In this document: positions 12,277 to 25,415 of the stretch, in pieces
Numbering within the stretch: the stretch's first letter is position 1
Layout: every line of letters begins with the position of its first letter
Source: Monocercomonoides exilis PA203
Lineage: Eukaryota > Protista > Preaxostyla
DNA: 64,000 bases
Direction of reading: 5' to 3'
NCBI GenBank assembly: GCA_001643675.2
Contig: LSRY02000006.1
Coordinates: 744,001-808,000 of the forward strand
Program-made: the position numbers and the translations under genes
Notes under the pieces: generated by a model
The model's input: only the letters and a program-made list of their open reading frames with translations
Database searches by the model: none
What the model was told of the DNA's origin: nothing

Positions 12277-13955
12277 CAGTCACTCACAATTCATGTTAAT
12301 TGTTAAATGTTGGCAACAATGATTCTTAAATTATTATGGTTGCTTCGGTTAAACATATTTGTCTATCTTTTTACTGGAAATGCCTTCAACATTATCGACT
12401 TTTTCTATATCTTCATTTGAAACAACATTAACAGGATTCATTCCAAAATTAGACCTCCACTTCATTTCATCCTTCTTGTCTCGAAAACCTTCAAAAACAA
12501 AAGTTTCATTAATTCGTTCATTCTTCGACGCTTGCAAAATTAGAAAAGCAAAAATACCTTCAAACGTGCGTATTGCAAAGGCACTCAACTGCACACCGAG
12601 CCTTGTCTGCCAGATTCGAACTGGATATATAAGAAAAAAGGTGATTGAGAAAAAGAACATGTTGATGACTCGAAAGCAAGAAAAACGAGTCATGGAAATA
12701 CTGAAAAATTTGAGAGATAAAAGAAAGCAAATCACACCGAAAACGCTAAGAGCCGTTGTTGCAAAAGTTTGTCATAAAGCTCCTTCTCACAATTTTCATT
12801 CTTCATTCATAAAAAGGCATAGCGAGGAATTGATGATCGTTCCTTCAAGCGTGAGAGAAGAAAAAAGAATGAAAATATCGGAACAAAGTATTATAACCTG
12901 GAAAAATTACTTGACTCAATATGTGAATGGAAAATATTCTTCAATGATCTTTTGTGCTGATGAATCAGGTTATCATGATCATAAAGATACAAGAAAGGTG
13001 AACCTTATAATCGGAACAAATGAAAATCGTGAAATTAATCACACGCCTGTTGACAGAGGAGAAAAAAGGAAATCATTGCTCCACTGCATTTCACTTGATG
13101 GAACTTTTGTTCCTCCTTGTTTTCTTGTACAAAAACCATTCAACATTAGATCCCTTCAATCTTTTGGCTATCAAATCGGAATTCATGGTTGCGTTGAAAT
13201 TGGGAATTCGTCTTATTTTACAAAGGAGTTGTTTGAAAACTGGATTGAGAAAGTTTTCATTCCTCATGTCAACATTAAAAGAATGATTTTGCCAGATATA
13301 CATGCACAAGCGGTGTTGATGCTTGATGGGTGCCGAATACACTTGTCGGACAACGTATTGACTCGACTTGCTAATGAAAATATATTGCTTTTGATTTTAC
13401 CTCCAAATACCACACATTTGTTGCAGTCATTGGATTTGTCAATTTTCTCTCTCTGGAAGCTTCAAATTCAACAGGTTAGGTCGGGTTCAACGCACGACAG
13501 CGTGGAACAACTTTTGTGGGTTGCAGTGAATGCTATTCTGCAAGTTTCTTCGTCGATTAACATTTTTTCTGCTTTTAAAGAAAGTGGACTTGTGAATGAT
13601 TTTCACAGAGCTCCTTCAACAGCGCGGATCTTCGAAGAAAGCTTCCAAAAAGTGATTGAAATTGTCAAATTGGACAACAAGTCATTGCCACTGTCATGCA
13701 CAAGACAAACAAGACAAACAAAAGGAGGAGAGTGGGGAATTATGAACATTGACAAGATGCCAGTTTATTCTGGACTTCCGCAATAAACAACACTTGGTGA
13801 ACAATTGATATGTTTTAGAGTTTTTTTCATTCAAATTTCATGGAGCATTTCAAAAAAAACATGATAAAATAAACGAAATATTCATCAAATCTTTGTTTTT
13901 TTTAATTTCAATAATACAAAAAGAATTAACAATTAACAAGAACAGTGAATATCTG
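12277..13955 (+). mobile_element. pogo-superfamily (Fot/Passer-like, DD35D) DNA transposon
   Basis: 30-bp imperfect TIRs: CAGTCACTCACAATTCATGTTAATTGTTAA (12277-12306) and reverse complement of 13926-13955 CAGATATTCACTGTTCTTGTTAATTGTTAA (24/30). They enclose the transposase ORF. Confidence 0.78.
12380..13786 (+). CDS. DDE_1-type (pogo/Fot) transposase, uninterrupted
   Basis: N-terminal HTH-like region (IAKALNCTPSLV), then FCADESG, LMLDGCRIH and LPPNTTHLLQSLDLSIF. 35 residues separate the 2nd and 3rd Asp. First ATG at 12380. Confidence 0.92.
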   Translation: MPSTLSTFSISSFETTLTGFIPKLDLHFISSFLSRKPSKTKVSLIRSFFDACKIRKAKIPSNVRIAKALNCTPSLVCQIRTGYIRKKVIEKKNMLMTRKQEKRVMEILKNLRDKRKQITPKTLRAVVAKVCHKAPSHNFHSSFIKRHSEELMIVPSSVREEKRMKISEQSIITWKNYLTQYVNGKYSSMIFCADESGYHDHKDTRKVNLIIGTNENREINHTPVDRGEKRKSLLHCISLDGTFVPPCFLVQKPFNIRSLQSFGYQIGIHGCVEIGNSSYFTKELFENWIEKVFIPHVNIKRMILPDIHAQAVLMLDGCRIHLSDNVLTRLANENILLLILPPNTTHLLQSLDLSIFSLWKLQIQQVRSGSTHDSVEQLLWVAVNAILQVSSSINIFSAFKESGLVNDFHRAPSTARIFEESFQKVIEIVKLDNKSLPLSCTRQTRQTKGGEWGIMNIDKMPVYSGLPQ

Positions 13956-14317
13956 TTTCTTTGAGTGGATTTTTTATTTTTCTACGTGTTTTGAAAGAAA
14001 CAAATTTTTGATCTTTTGTGGGAAATGATCAATATTTATAAATGTTCAATAACATATTAATAAAGAATGAGCCGCCCGAAAAGTATGGAATGTTTTGTTC
14101 AACTTTGTGAACTCCTTGCAAATATGCAATAATAATTTTTTTGACGAGTCGTGAATATTAAGCTTGAAAGTTCGTATTTTCCCCCAAATAACAAGTGATT
14201 TTTGAACTTTAGGCTTTCTTTTGCAATTCGTTTATTCAGTATTATTGAAACCTCAAATATTAACACATTTCTTTATTTTGATGTCAATGAATGTTTAATT
14301 TTTTCGTGCAACACATA

Positions 14318-14692
14318 CAGATATCGCACAAAATACGGAAAAAATCGTTTTCTCAATAACCACTCAAAGAGAAAATCTGATAATATTCCTTCAAATATAT
14401 CAAAACAAAGCTAACTCATTTGGCATACCGGACATTCATTTCCGTGCAGACTGAATATTTAAAAAATAATTTTTGATATTTCAGAGAAAATCAAAATCAA
14501 ATTTCTCCGAGATTTTAAAAATTATTTTTTAAATATTCAGTCTGCACGGAAATGAATGTCCGGTATGCCAAATGAGTTAGCTTTGTTTTGATATATTTGA
14601 AGGAATATTATCAGATTTTCTCTTTGAGTGGTTATTGAGAAAACGATCTTTTCCGTATTTTGTGCGATGTCCGGTATTTAATGCGATATCTG
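14318..14692. mobile_element. Foldback MITE with ~155-bp near-perfect arms, CAG...CTG termini and TA TSD
   Basis: TA|CAGATATCGCA... and ...TGCGATATCTG|TA. 14323-14472 is almost the exact reverse complement of 14519-14668; the right arm carries one extra 19-bp ATCGCATTAAATACCGGAC unit. Confidence 0.92.
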
Positions 14693-15151
14693 TACAATAA
14701 GTTTGTTGTTTGTTTTAAGAAGAAATGGCACAATCCCAATTGGTGGACATAACGCTAAATAGTTATATTTTTTGGTTATAATTTTCTAAATGAAAACTCT
14801 GAAAGCCAAAATAAACCTAATAAAACAGCAAAATAATAACTTTATCCAATATTCTCATGCTTCAGTTGCGCTTTCTTTCACTCAAACAGAAAATATTTGC
14901 ATTTTAAAGATAACATAATTGAAATACATCAAAAAATACTTAACTAAAAAGTTATTAGTGTTGTTTTCAATACGTTAAGAAGTTTATAAACAAATAATTA
15001 ATTCTCAATTATTTTGATTTTCATGGAAAAATATATTTATTTAGGGTTATGTCCACCTATTAGGAACGTGCCGTAGAAAATTCAATTTTTGGAAATATAT
15101 AATGGGTCATTTTTCTAATTCTATTGTTCTGTCGCTTTTGTTGAGCGTTTA

Positions 15152-18100
15152 ATGAGCATTGAGAGTCATCTTTCAGATAATGATAACGATGTTTCATTAA
15201 TACATCCTCCATTTTGTGTTGAAGAAAGTAATGACTCAAAATGCCTGGATAATCGGGAAAATATTCTTTTAACATCAAGCGGTTTTTTCACTTTTGATGC
15301 AAATCCTGAAAAGTTTGAAAATTTTTAAAGCTAAAGCAATGAAATTTAATTGAGTTATAAAATAAAATAAAATAATAGACTTATAAAAGAAACAACTTTT
15401 AACTCAGCGAAAGCCAACAATTCAGATGCTCGAACTAGGCCTAAACCTTATTCTCAAGAAAAAATTGAGGAAAAGACGAAGAATCATCCGCAAAGACGGA
15501 CAAATGATTCGAGCATTATTCTTCACGATTCATTTGTGAATGTTTGTAAATTTTTTTCATTTTTTGTTTGTTTTCTATTCACCATCATCTTTTCATCTTC
15601 TAAAATTAACCATCCGAGGATGCTGAAAAATATCTTGGACGAAGATTTGTTCTTCCTTCAGAATCAGCAAAAGAAGTTTCTCGGAAAGCAGAAGAAGGGG
15701 CAAAGAAACGAAATCCTCAATATTATCATCATTCTTCACTTGGCGAATATCCACGACGATCTTTGTCAACTCAACTTACAGATAGAAAGAGTTATAAATT
15801 TGCAAATAACTTCGCAAATGACGAAGAAAAATTACATTTAGGATTTCGTGGAAGATCATTTGAAATTGAAAATTTTCAAACTGAATTAGAAGATAGAAGC
15901 TTATCTAACATACAACTTTTTGAAAATGTTAGTTCTTCTCGTGCAGCAACAACCTCCCCATCAACTCTTCCTCCGCTATCTTTTCGCTCTTCCTCATCTC
16001 TTAGCAAGCCTCAAGCATCTGGATTCACTGATTATTTGCAGAAAGTTTCACGCTCATCAACAGCTTCACCTCTTTCATCGTCATACTCATTCATGAGGAG
16101 ATCCAGCCCAGATGCGACTTCGTGCGTTGCTGCATCTTCCGAAAACGTTCATCCTGTTTCCCGTTCTATTTCTTCTATGTCTTCATTTAACCCGAACTCT
16201 CCTGTATCACTTTCTGTTTCATCATCATCATCATCATCATCATCTTCTTCTTCTTCATCTTCATCTTCATCATCATCATCATCTTCTTCTTCTTTCAGCA
16301 CTCTCCAGGCGCTTCCTGCGCTTCCCGCAGGTTCCTCGCCGCGCACCACTGCCTCATCCTCGCTGAGCCTCCGCTCCATCAACACGCTGACCGTCTACCA
16401 GTCTCTCCTCGACACCAAGCACCGCGACGTCAGCTGGTCGCGCCGCACGTTCTCTGACCATCTCCCCGGCACGCGCGAAGAGGTCATCCAGCTCGACACA
16501 GAACTCGACCAGGCGATGCAGCTGTACGCTGCACCAACCGACGCCGAGCGCAGACTCGCAGCGCTGAGGGCAGTGGTCGAGAAGCTGGTGCGGCAGATCG
16601 CGGTGGAGTGCGCCAGCCGCGGCCGGCTCACGCAGAAGGTGTTTGACACCATCGTGCGGGAAGCGGAGAAAGCGATTCCGCTCTCCCAGTCGCTGCGGGA
16701 GGTCGAGCTGCAGCTGGCGGAGAAGCGCCAGGAGCTTGCAGCGGAGAAGGAGAAGCTGGAAGGCGAGCTGGCGAAGCTGCTTGAGGCGGCAAAGGCCGAC
16801 CACACAGAAGTGGAAGGAGGGTCCAGCTACATCGACTTGTCGAACGAGGTGCGGACGCTTGCGCTGTCTATGACGCGGCTGGAGAAAGAGCGCGAAGACG
16901 CGCTTGCGCAGACGCTGAAGGAGCGGCAGCTGAGGCAGTTTTACGAGGACGAGAACTTCAAGATGATGAAGAAGTGCGACTCGCTGGTGAAGTCTGTGAT
17001 TGCGCTGCGGTCTGATCTCGAAGACAAGATCCGGATGGTGATTGCGCTGCAGACGTCGCTCACGCAGACGCAGCAGGCGAAAGCAGTGCTGGAGCGGCGG
17101 GTGCTGGAAAGAGAAGAGGAGATCGCAGCAGACATCGACGAGGCAGTGGGTGATGCGCTGCTGGAAGAGGCAGAAAGGCGGAGGAGCAACCAGAAAGCGG
17201 AGGAAACGAACACAAACACCGACCATCTTTCGCTCGAAGAGCTGCGCAGCTGGGCGCTTTCGCTGCTTTCGCCGCCGAGCACACAGGAGGTGCAGACGGA
17301 AGAGAGTCAGAATGCGCTCGCGATGAAAGTGCAGTCACTTTTGGAGGAAAACAAGAGGCTGAATGAGAATGTAAGCATTCTGAAAGTGGAGCAGAAGCAG
17401 ATGGCTGAGGAATGCGAGCGGCACAAGAAGGAAGCAGAGGAGCTGCGGAAGCAGATGAAGGAGAAAGAGCGAGAACTCTATCGTGTGGAGGCGCTGTGCG
17501 ACCTGCTGAAGAAAGAGAAGGCAGACTTGCGAGCCAGTTTGGACACGCAGATAGGAGAAGAAGGAATGAGAAGCAGCGAAGGCCAGTCGATGACACAGGA
17601 AGAACTGGAGCGGATGATGGACGAGCTGGACAAGCAGAGAGAGAGGCTGGCAGAAGAAGAGCGGAACTTGCTTTTGTCGAAGAAGCAGTTTGAGGAAGAG
17701 AAGGAGATACAGGAGAAGCTGAATGAATCGTTCCGTAACGAGTTGGACGAACGAGAGAAAGAGCTGAATAAACGGGAGTCGCGTGCAAAGAGAGGCACAG
17801 CTGATGAACAGGCAGACAACGATGCAGAGATCCGGACAAGAGGAAGTTACGACTTCAAAAGAGAGAAAGACGGAGACGGGAATTTGCTTCGAGTGTCGAT
17901 GGCTTCTTCTTCTTCGTCATCGTCACAAAGGACGAAGGAGCTGATGGATGAGCTGGCACAGAAAAACAGACAGATTGCTGATCTGCGCGTGGAGCTGCAG
18001 ATGATGCAGATCCAAAAGCAGAGTGCATCAAAGGGCAAAGACGAGGAAAATAACAAAAGCGGAAAGGAAACGGGAAGCACAGAAGAGTATCCAACACGCA

Positions 18101-21100
18101 GCGAAGCGACGTCTCCTGTGCCTCTCGTTGGAATGGAGCTTCTGCCAATCTCCGAAGCATCCAAGCGATCTATCGACGAGCCGGCGACGGAAGGAAAGAG
18201 GCTGGTGAGGTATGCCTCGAAGTCCTCTGCTACGAACTCTATCGTGTCGACTGACAACTGGACGGCTACAGAACACGGGGGATATGCAGAGATGGGGGTG
18301 GACACAGAGTCGCTGGGCCGAGAGGAGATTATGGAGAAAGTGCGGAACGACATCCTCCGCCAGTCATACACACAGACATCGCCGATGCCTAGCGCCCGGA
18401 ACTTGGGCGACGCCGCTGGCAGTCCGCCCACACGCGAAAGTGGAATGCAGACGGCGCTGTTTCTGAACGACTGGAGAGCATCCACTGTGTCTGTGGGCAT
18501 ATCTCCACGATCTCCTATCGGAGAAGGACAGGGCAGCTGCTTTGGCACAGGAGCTGGCGCCAACATGGCTATTGGCGAAAATCAAACATCGATTGACTTC
18601 GGTGGGCGACGTTCTCCGACACCAGTGCGACCACTGCGGGGTTCGATTGAGACACGCGGCTCGCAGACAGACGTCAAGCAGATGGTGTCGCTGTCGACGT
18701 GGACAGATGAGAATGACATGGGCGTGCTGGTCTCGCCAGAGCAGTCGATGAGCCCTGACCGTGTGGATGTGGCAGTGTGGACGACGGCTGAAATGCGGGA
18801 GGCGTATGACGAATGGATCAAAGAACAGGAGAAAGTGGAGCTGGAGAACTACCTCACACACACGAAGACGCCATATCGCATCTCGCTGGCGGACGCAGAG
18901 GCAGCAGAGGAAGAGCGGAAGCGGAGATTGAGAGAGAAAGAAAGAGAACGAGCGAGGGAGCTTGAAGGTGACAGCGACAGATATACCAGAAGACCTGGAG
19001 TGGATGAGGAAGTGAACACAGAGATCACAATTGCGCCAGATTCGTTTGAGGAAGTCAACCAGTACTTCTGGAAGAAAGCAGACAAGTGGGAGCGGCTGGT
19101 GCATCCAGCAACGGAATCTCCATCAGCCATAGAAAGAATGGCAGATGCAGGCGACGACGGCTTTGTGCTCTTTGCAGAAGCAGCCGAAACAACAGCCAGA
19201 ACACTCGAAGACACCATCTTGACAAGCAGGTTCATTGCGCCGCATGCGAAGACAGGCTCGACCACAAAGAAAGGAGGCTACGGAGTCATCGTCAAAGGGC
19301 GCACCAGCAGCAAATACGCACAAAGTGCAAGCAGCTCAAACCAATTCGAAGGCGAAAACAGCGCAACAAGTCAGCAGTTTGGAGAGTCGGTTTCATCTTC
19401 CACTGGAATTGTGTCGCGCAGCTATGACATGTCTCCTCATCCGTCAGACGGTTTCGATTACGGAGAATCTTCATCAACCTCCCCAACTGCTTTGATCTCC
19501 TCCACTGCTCCTTCTTCGAATGTGCCTCTGTCTGACTTGGCTTTGATGAACCCTTCTTCCGCCACAGCGTCTGGCAGGCAGTCTCCAATGACTGAGCAGC
19601 AGATGCAGATGCAGCGCAGGCACGAATATGCGGCTGGAACATACCAGGGATCAATGGCTGCTCTGAGCCGCACGAACTCACCTCGAAGCAGGCAGGTCTC
19701 GCCGTTAAACACCTCGTCGCCTTCGTCTCCACGCTCCTCCCCATCTGCAGCTTGTCGCAGCAATCAGTCTTCTTCTGCGACTTCTTCACTCCCTCCACAA
19801 AGCAGAGGCAATCGGCTTTCTTCTGACGGACGCGCTGTCTCCACAGGTACTTCTTCGGGGCAGCCAGAGTCGACTATCTTTGGCGCGTCACCAGCACAGG
19901 CGTATCTCGCCTCTATTTACAGTCCGCAGCACAAGCGGGTGATGGTCGAAAGAGGAACACAGACGTTCTCTCTAATTGACAAGCTGTATTCAGCAATGGA
20001 CATCGTGCAGACAGGAATTGAGGAGCTGGAGGCGAACACGATGGTGCATTCTGTGGGAAGAGGAAGAGGAGGAGGAGGAGGAGGAAGAAGAAGAAGACTC
20101 AGAAAGAGAAGCAGCAAAGGCAAAGTTGGTAACAATAAAAGCGCAAGGTCTGAGCAGTCGGCGATGGCAGACGATGAAAAAGAGAGAGAAAGAGGAAGCT
20201 CGACATTTGACGAAGAAAGCAGCCAGTTCAGTTTTGATGATGTGACAGACGAAGACGACAGGGCTGACTATCCTTCGTTCCGTTTGGGATTCGACGAGTC
20301 GAATGGAGTGAATGCAGCAGCCAAAAGTGGAGCAGGTGAAACGATGGAGCAGCAAGAAGTCAACCGGCTGAAGACAGAGCTGCGGAAGACAGTGCTGCAG
20401 GTGCAGACGGCGCGCTCTCAGGTTTCGCAGATGACTCCTCCTCCGCTGTCGCCTGCATCACGCTCACCTGTGTCGCCTTTTGAGCTCTCAGCACATTCTT
20501 CTTCACGTTCAGCAAGTTATCCAGCAGTTACTTTGTCGCCAAGCACATCTTTACAAAAGCAGCAGCAGATGCCTCAACAGCAGCAACAGCAACAACAACA
20601 GAATCGCGTCATCCGCATTCCAACTGCTCTGTCTGTTTCGAGTACATCGCAAGTGCAGTCTCCTGCATACTCTGTGCCTTTATCCCCATCGTTCCAAGGA
20701 GTGCCCATGTCTTCTTCATTCATACCGGCATCTCCGTCTCAACAACACCCACGTTCGCCGTTCTCTGGCTCACCTCCATCGCCTCATTCACAGACAGTCC
20801 AGTGGCAGCAGCAACAGCAGCTACAACAGCAACAGGAAGCGTCTCAGAACTACCCTCCCCTCATCACCCCTTCGTTTGCTGCACAGACAGTCACGCAGGG
20901 CACGCTGGCTCCGACGACGCGGGAAATGTTCAAGATGCAGGCGGTGATTGTGGACTGCTATGAGCGTGTCATGCGGCTGGAGAAGCAGCTGGCAGATCCA
21001 TCGCTTCTGGTGAATATAACAGGGCCACTTGATGGCGATGGGAACACAGACAGAGAGAAAGACGAGGCAGATCAGAGAGGAAGGAGGAGGAGAAGGAGGA

Positions 21101-24100
21101 GAGCACTTGAGGCAGATCCAGGCGGGTTTAATGCGATGAGGAATGGAAGTCCGCTGGACTTCAGCAAGCTGCTTGGAGGCAACGGTCGAAGCAAACAGAA
21201 TGCAGACACAGAGCGATCGGGAGTTACTCTGTCATTTTTGTCTCCCAAACACAGTACTTCGACAGTCTGTGATGACAATTTGAGCAACCGAAGCACACGA
21301 CGAAAGGAGCTGTATGCGCTTTCACCGTATTCAGGTGTCTCCATCCGCCAGCTGCTGACTGGCTCTGCTTCTGAACACAACCGAAAGCCGCTTGTTTGGC
21401 TGCTGCGGCTGATCCGGATGCTCTACGAGGACAAAGAGCTGGCTGATGCAGCATGTGACCGGCAGCTGGTTACCCGCACTGCATTCCCGTCCCATGTGCA
21501 TGCGTGGATCACTCAGAGGTACGGAATCAAATCACTTGTGGAGCAGATGGGGTGGGAGATGGTGAACACGATCGATGCATACAAGGACAGCAACCAAGAA
21601 GTGCACACATTTGCCCAGTTTGTCGATGGTGAGTACCCCGTCGGCCACGTCTCGTTCTTTCTGCTTGTGCGCCGGCTCGCGCTGAATGCGACCAGCTCCT
21701 TCATCGCTGCCGGCGCTGCCGGGGTGCGTGTGCCGCCTGGATACATCCCGTTCCCGATTGCGCTGTCGATTGCTGCTTTGTTTTTCTCATTTCTGACAGA
21801 CAGAGACTGGAACACGCTCAGAGAAGCACTGGAGGAGATCGCTGGGAAAGCTGCAAGCAGACTGAAGCTGAAGAATAACATTATGTCGGACAGAAGGCAG
21901 GCGAATGTGAAGATGCAGGGAGTTGGAAATACAGGTGCATATGCTGACTTATCTGGCACATTCAATCAGAATTCTAATCAGATGGATCCTGCTGCTTCAA
22001 ACTCATCTTCCTCTTCCTCTTCCCCATCCTCATCCTCTTCGTCTTCAAATGCACTTGCCCAACAACTTCGAACCTCGTTTGCACGCTCACAGCAATCGAA
22101 ACAGTCAAAACCAGTTCAAAAGAGACTGAAAGAAAAGAGGAACAGAGAAATTGAGTCAAACGAAAAGAACACATTTAATACATCAGCTGATCCTCAAGTT
22201 GATGCATCTTCACAACCGACAAAAGATGCACAATTTAATCCTTCATCATCATCATCATCTTCTTCTTCTTCCTCTTCCTCTTCTTCAAATCGTGAACCCA
22301 CACCAAATTCACCTGCACTTCACTTTTCATCTGCTTTCACGTCAGCTGCTGCTTCCATTTCAGACAACTCATCTGCATCAAATCAACCATCAACCACATC
22401 ACAATCACCTTCCTCCTCCTCCTCTTCCTCTTCTCTTGACTATCTTACAAACATTGAATCCAAATCAACTAATGATTCTCTAACAAACATTTCACAGAGC
22501 CAGTTTTCTCTTCCACACCAAAAACAGACCGAAAAACCAGAGCCGCTCGAAGACAATTCCATTCTGCCTCCACTTCACTCAGCTGCCAACAACACATCAC
22601 TTCAGCCTGATTATTCAAAAGATCACTCCACTTCGTCAAGTCCAAAGGACTATTCTCTTTCTCCTGCTTCACGAACTGTTTCGCCATCGACGCTGCCTTT
22701 GCCAACTCCCTCACAGAAAACTGGATCGAATCAACAGAATTCATCATCATCATCTACTTCTTCTTCCTCTTCATCATCGTCGCAAGAAGAAGAATATCAT
22801 CCAGCGATTGGCGGAGGCCATGGAGCTGCTCCGTCTTCCATCCCTGTCGACGGAATGGCTCCTGCAAATGCTGCAAATTCATACTCCAGACAGATCGAAT
22901 GCTCGCAGAAAAACAACAGTTTGATTACAACCTTTTTTTTATTATTTTCTGTTCATGTTTTGTTTATTTGCTTCATTTTTACTGTTTTTTCCTGCCTTGT
23001 TTATTCTGATTTCTTATGAAATCAAATGAAATCGGCTAATTTTCTTTGATTTATTTGAAAATATCATTATTTTCAAATATTTTTTTCTCTATAAACTTTT
23101 TTCTTTGTTCTGATTCTTCTCTAAAAGTGCCTCACAACCCAAGAGCAGCACAGCAGTCTTCTTCAAAAGAAGCCAACCACCACGAAGTATTCGACATGGA
23201 AAAGATTCCACAACCAGAAAACAACCAAACAACTAAGCCCAAACGTGCTGAGCAGTTAATCAAACAGAGTGCAACAGGCAACAACGACACGCGAAGCGGG
23301 CTCAGCTCGCCGTTGCCGCTTGCAATTCGGCGGATGGTGCGACGAGACAAACCAGAGAGAGTGAACGAGAGCAGAGGAGCATCTCCAACCGGCCGGGTGT
23401 TGCTGACAGGCGGAGGAAGCAGACAAAGCGGAAGCGGAAGTGGAAGTGGAAGTGGAAGTGGAGGTGGGGTGATGGCGTATGTGCAGCTGACAGAGTATTT
23501 GGATGTGATGCTGCGCTGCTTCGACTCGCAGGAGCTGCTGTTTCTGAAGCACGTGGCCGATCTCTTCGAGAGCGTCGACGCCGACTGCGACGGCAAAGTG
23601 GCTCCTGAAGAGTTCAGTGTTGTGCTGATGCAGAGTTGCCCAATGCTCAGCGAAGCAGAAGCAGCGCAGATGTTTGTGGCAGCTGCTCCCTCACTAGAGG
23701 CTCCGCAGATGACAATCGGCCAGCTGGTGGAGATTGTGCGTGTGAACGAGCTGTTCCGAAAGAACCTCTGTGGAACGGCTTCCTCTGCCTCGTCGCTGTG
23801 CTCGGCTGACCGCAACAACACACTCGTGGCGATAGTTAATTCACTTCTGTCTCCCTTCAAAAGTGTTGGAGGAGGCAATCCTTCTGTACTTGCTGCGTCG
23901 CCTGCTTTGTCTTCTTTGTCTCCTTTGTCTGCCCTGCCGTCACGTGCAAATTCTCGCAGTGGCAGACAGCCAGACATCATTCAATCATCTGCTCCACTTT
24001 ATGCCTCGCTTGCTGCTGCTGCCGAAGCGAAACTATCGAAAGCCGCGTCGAACGAACCTCCGATGCCGCTGCAGGAGAAAGCGACGCGTCTGTCGATGGC

Positions 24101-24986
24101 AGCGGCGCTGCGGAGTCTTTTCATCAGCACTCAGCATCCGATCCAGTCGCCAGCGCTGTCACGAGCAGGAACGCCAGATAACAGTGCTGGTGGTTATGCT
24201 TATGGAAATGATTATAATAATATCAACAGCAATAGCAATAGCAATAGTAATAACAGCACAATCAGACAGAAAAAAGCAGAAGACAAGGGGAAGGAGGACA
24301 AGAGACAAGGAAGAGGACAAGGAATGCGATCTTTGCCTCCTCGCTCGTCTGCACAGTCAGGAGCAGGAAACGGAGTGGTTTCTTTATCTGCTTATCATTC
24401 GCCTTCTGCTTCTCTTTCTCTAACTGAAGAATCCAATTCATATCCTTCTTCTTCTTCTTCCTCCTCCTCCTCTTCTTCTTCTTCTTGGATGGAGACGCTG
24501 CGTGACCCAGCGCTGCAGTTCTCGAAAGAAGACGCGACGTCGATGTTGTCATCGATTCTGCTTGTGCAGTGGACGAAAATGCAGTCAGCCATCGACACAC
24601 GCTCTTTGCCTCTCATCCAGCGCATCCACCCTTCTTTGGCACAGAAGTACTTGCCATCCATCCAAGCCATCAAGGAGAAAATCGTTTCGGGGCTGACTTA
24701 TGCTTCTTCTGCAAGTGCACCGGCGGAGGCTGACAAGCAGCAGGCGTCGAGGCCGCTGACGGTGCTGACACAGGTGAGAAAGCTGTTTGCTGCTTTGAGT
24801 GAAGCAGAAAGCAAAGTGGAGGAGGCAATCATTGTGGGCGGATGCGAAAGCAGCGATGAAGGATGCTCCACGCGAATGATGAATGTTCTTGTGACTGACA
24901 CTGAAGGAGAAATTATGGCGCTGCAAAACATTCTGGAAAAGAGAGAAAAAGGAATGTGGGATTCTTGCTTCAGTGGGCTTTCTTGA
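15152..24986 (+). CDS. Giant multi-exon coiled-coil protein with an axonemal dynein light chain (p28/AXDND1-like) domain, a TSNAXIP1-like helical domain and an EF-hand
   Basis: TREEVIQLDTELD...EKLVRQIAVECASRGRL resembles the Ax_dynein_light motif. KPLVWLLRLIRMLYEDK...QRYGIKSLVE...EVHTFAQF; EF loop DADCDGKVAPEE. GT-AG introns at about 15313-15408, 15536-15618 and 22920-23127; start inferred. Confidence 0.7.
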
Positions 24987-25415
24987 TTTTGACTTATGTT
25001 TAATATTTATGTATCCACATTTCAGATTTATGTTTTATATTTTCGTTATGTTCATGATGTTTTAGATGTGATTTTATCAATGAATATTTATTTTTCGTTT
25101 GGCTGTTAACAATAAAGAAGTTTTTTCTAAAGATATTTAATATGGTTCATGAAAATTTCCATTTTGTAAAAACTTTGATATGGCCCAAAAGGAACAGCCT
25201 GGAAGTATGCAAGATTGTTTTCTTATTTGTATTTAACTGAACTAACTTGGAAAACTTTGACAATTTGCAGTTCAAACATTGATTGATGTTTTCAGCAATT
25301 CCGTCAATGTTTTTTTGAATCCAATGCTGTATGAGCGTTTTTACCAACATTTTTGTACAAATAATTAACCTTTAACTTTTTTTCCAGAAAAGATGATGTG
25401 AGTATTTCAGGGGAA

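Noticed and set aside
16214-16292. (TCA/TCT)n microsatellites here and at about 22240, 24445, 28025 and 58885
   Set aside because: Ordinary poly-Ser coding tracts common to many genes in this genome.
16112-24931. Many overlapping or antisense ORFs within the large coiled-coil gene (likewise at 38748-47375 and 57724-59439)
   Set aside because: Shadow ORFs of GC-rich, low-complexity coding sequence with no independent motifs.
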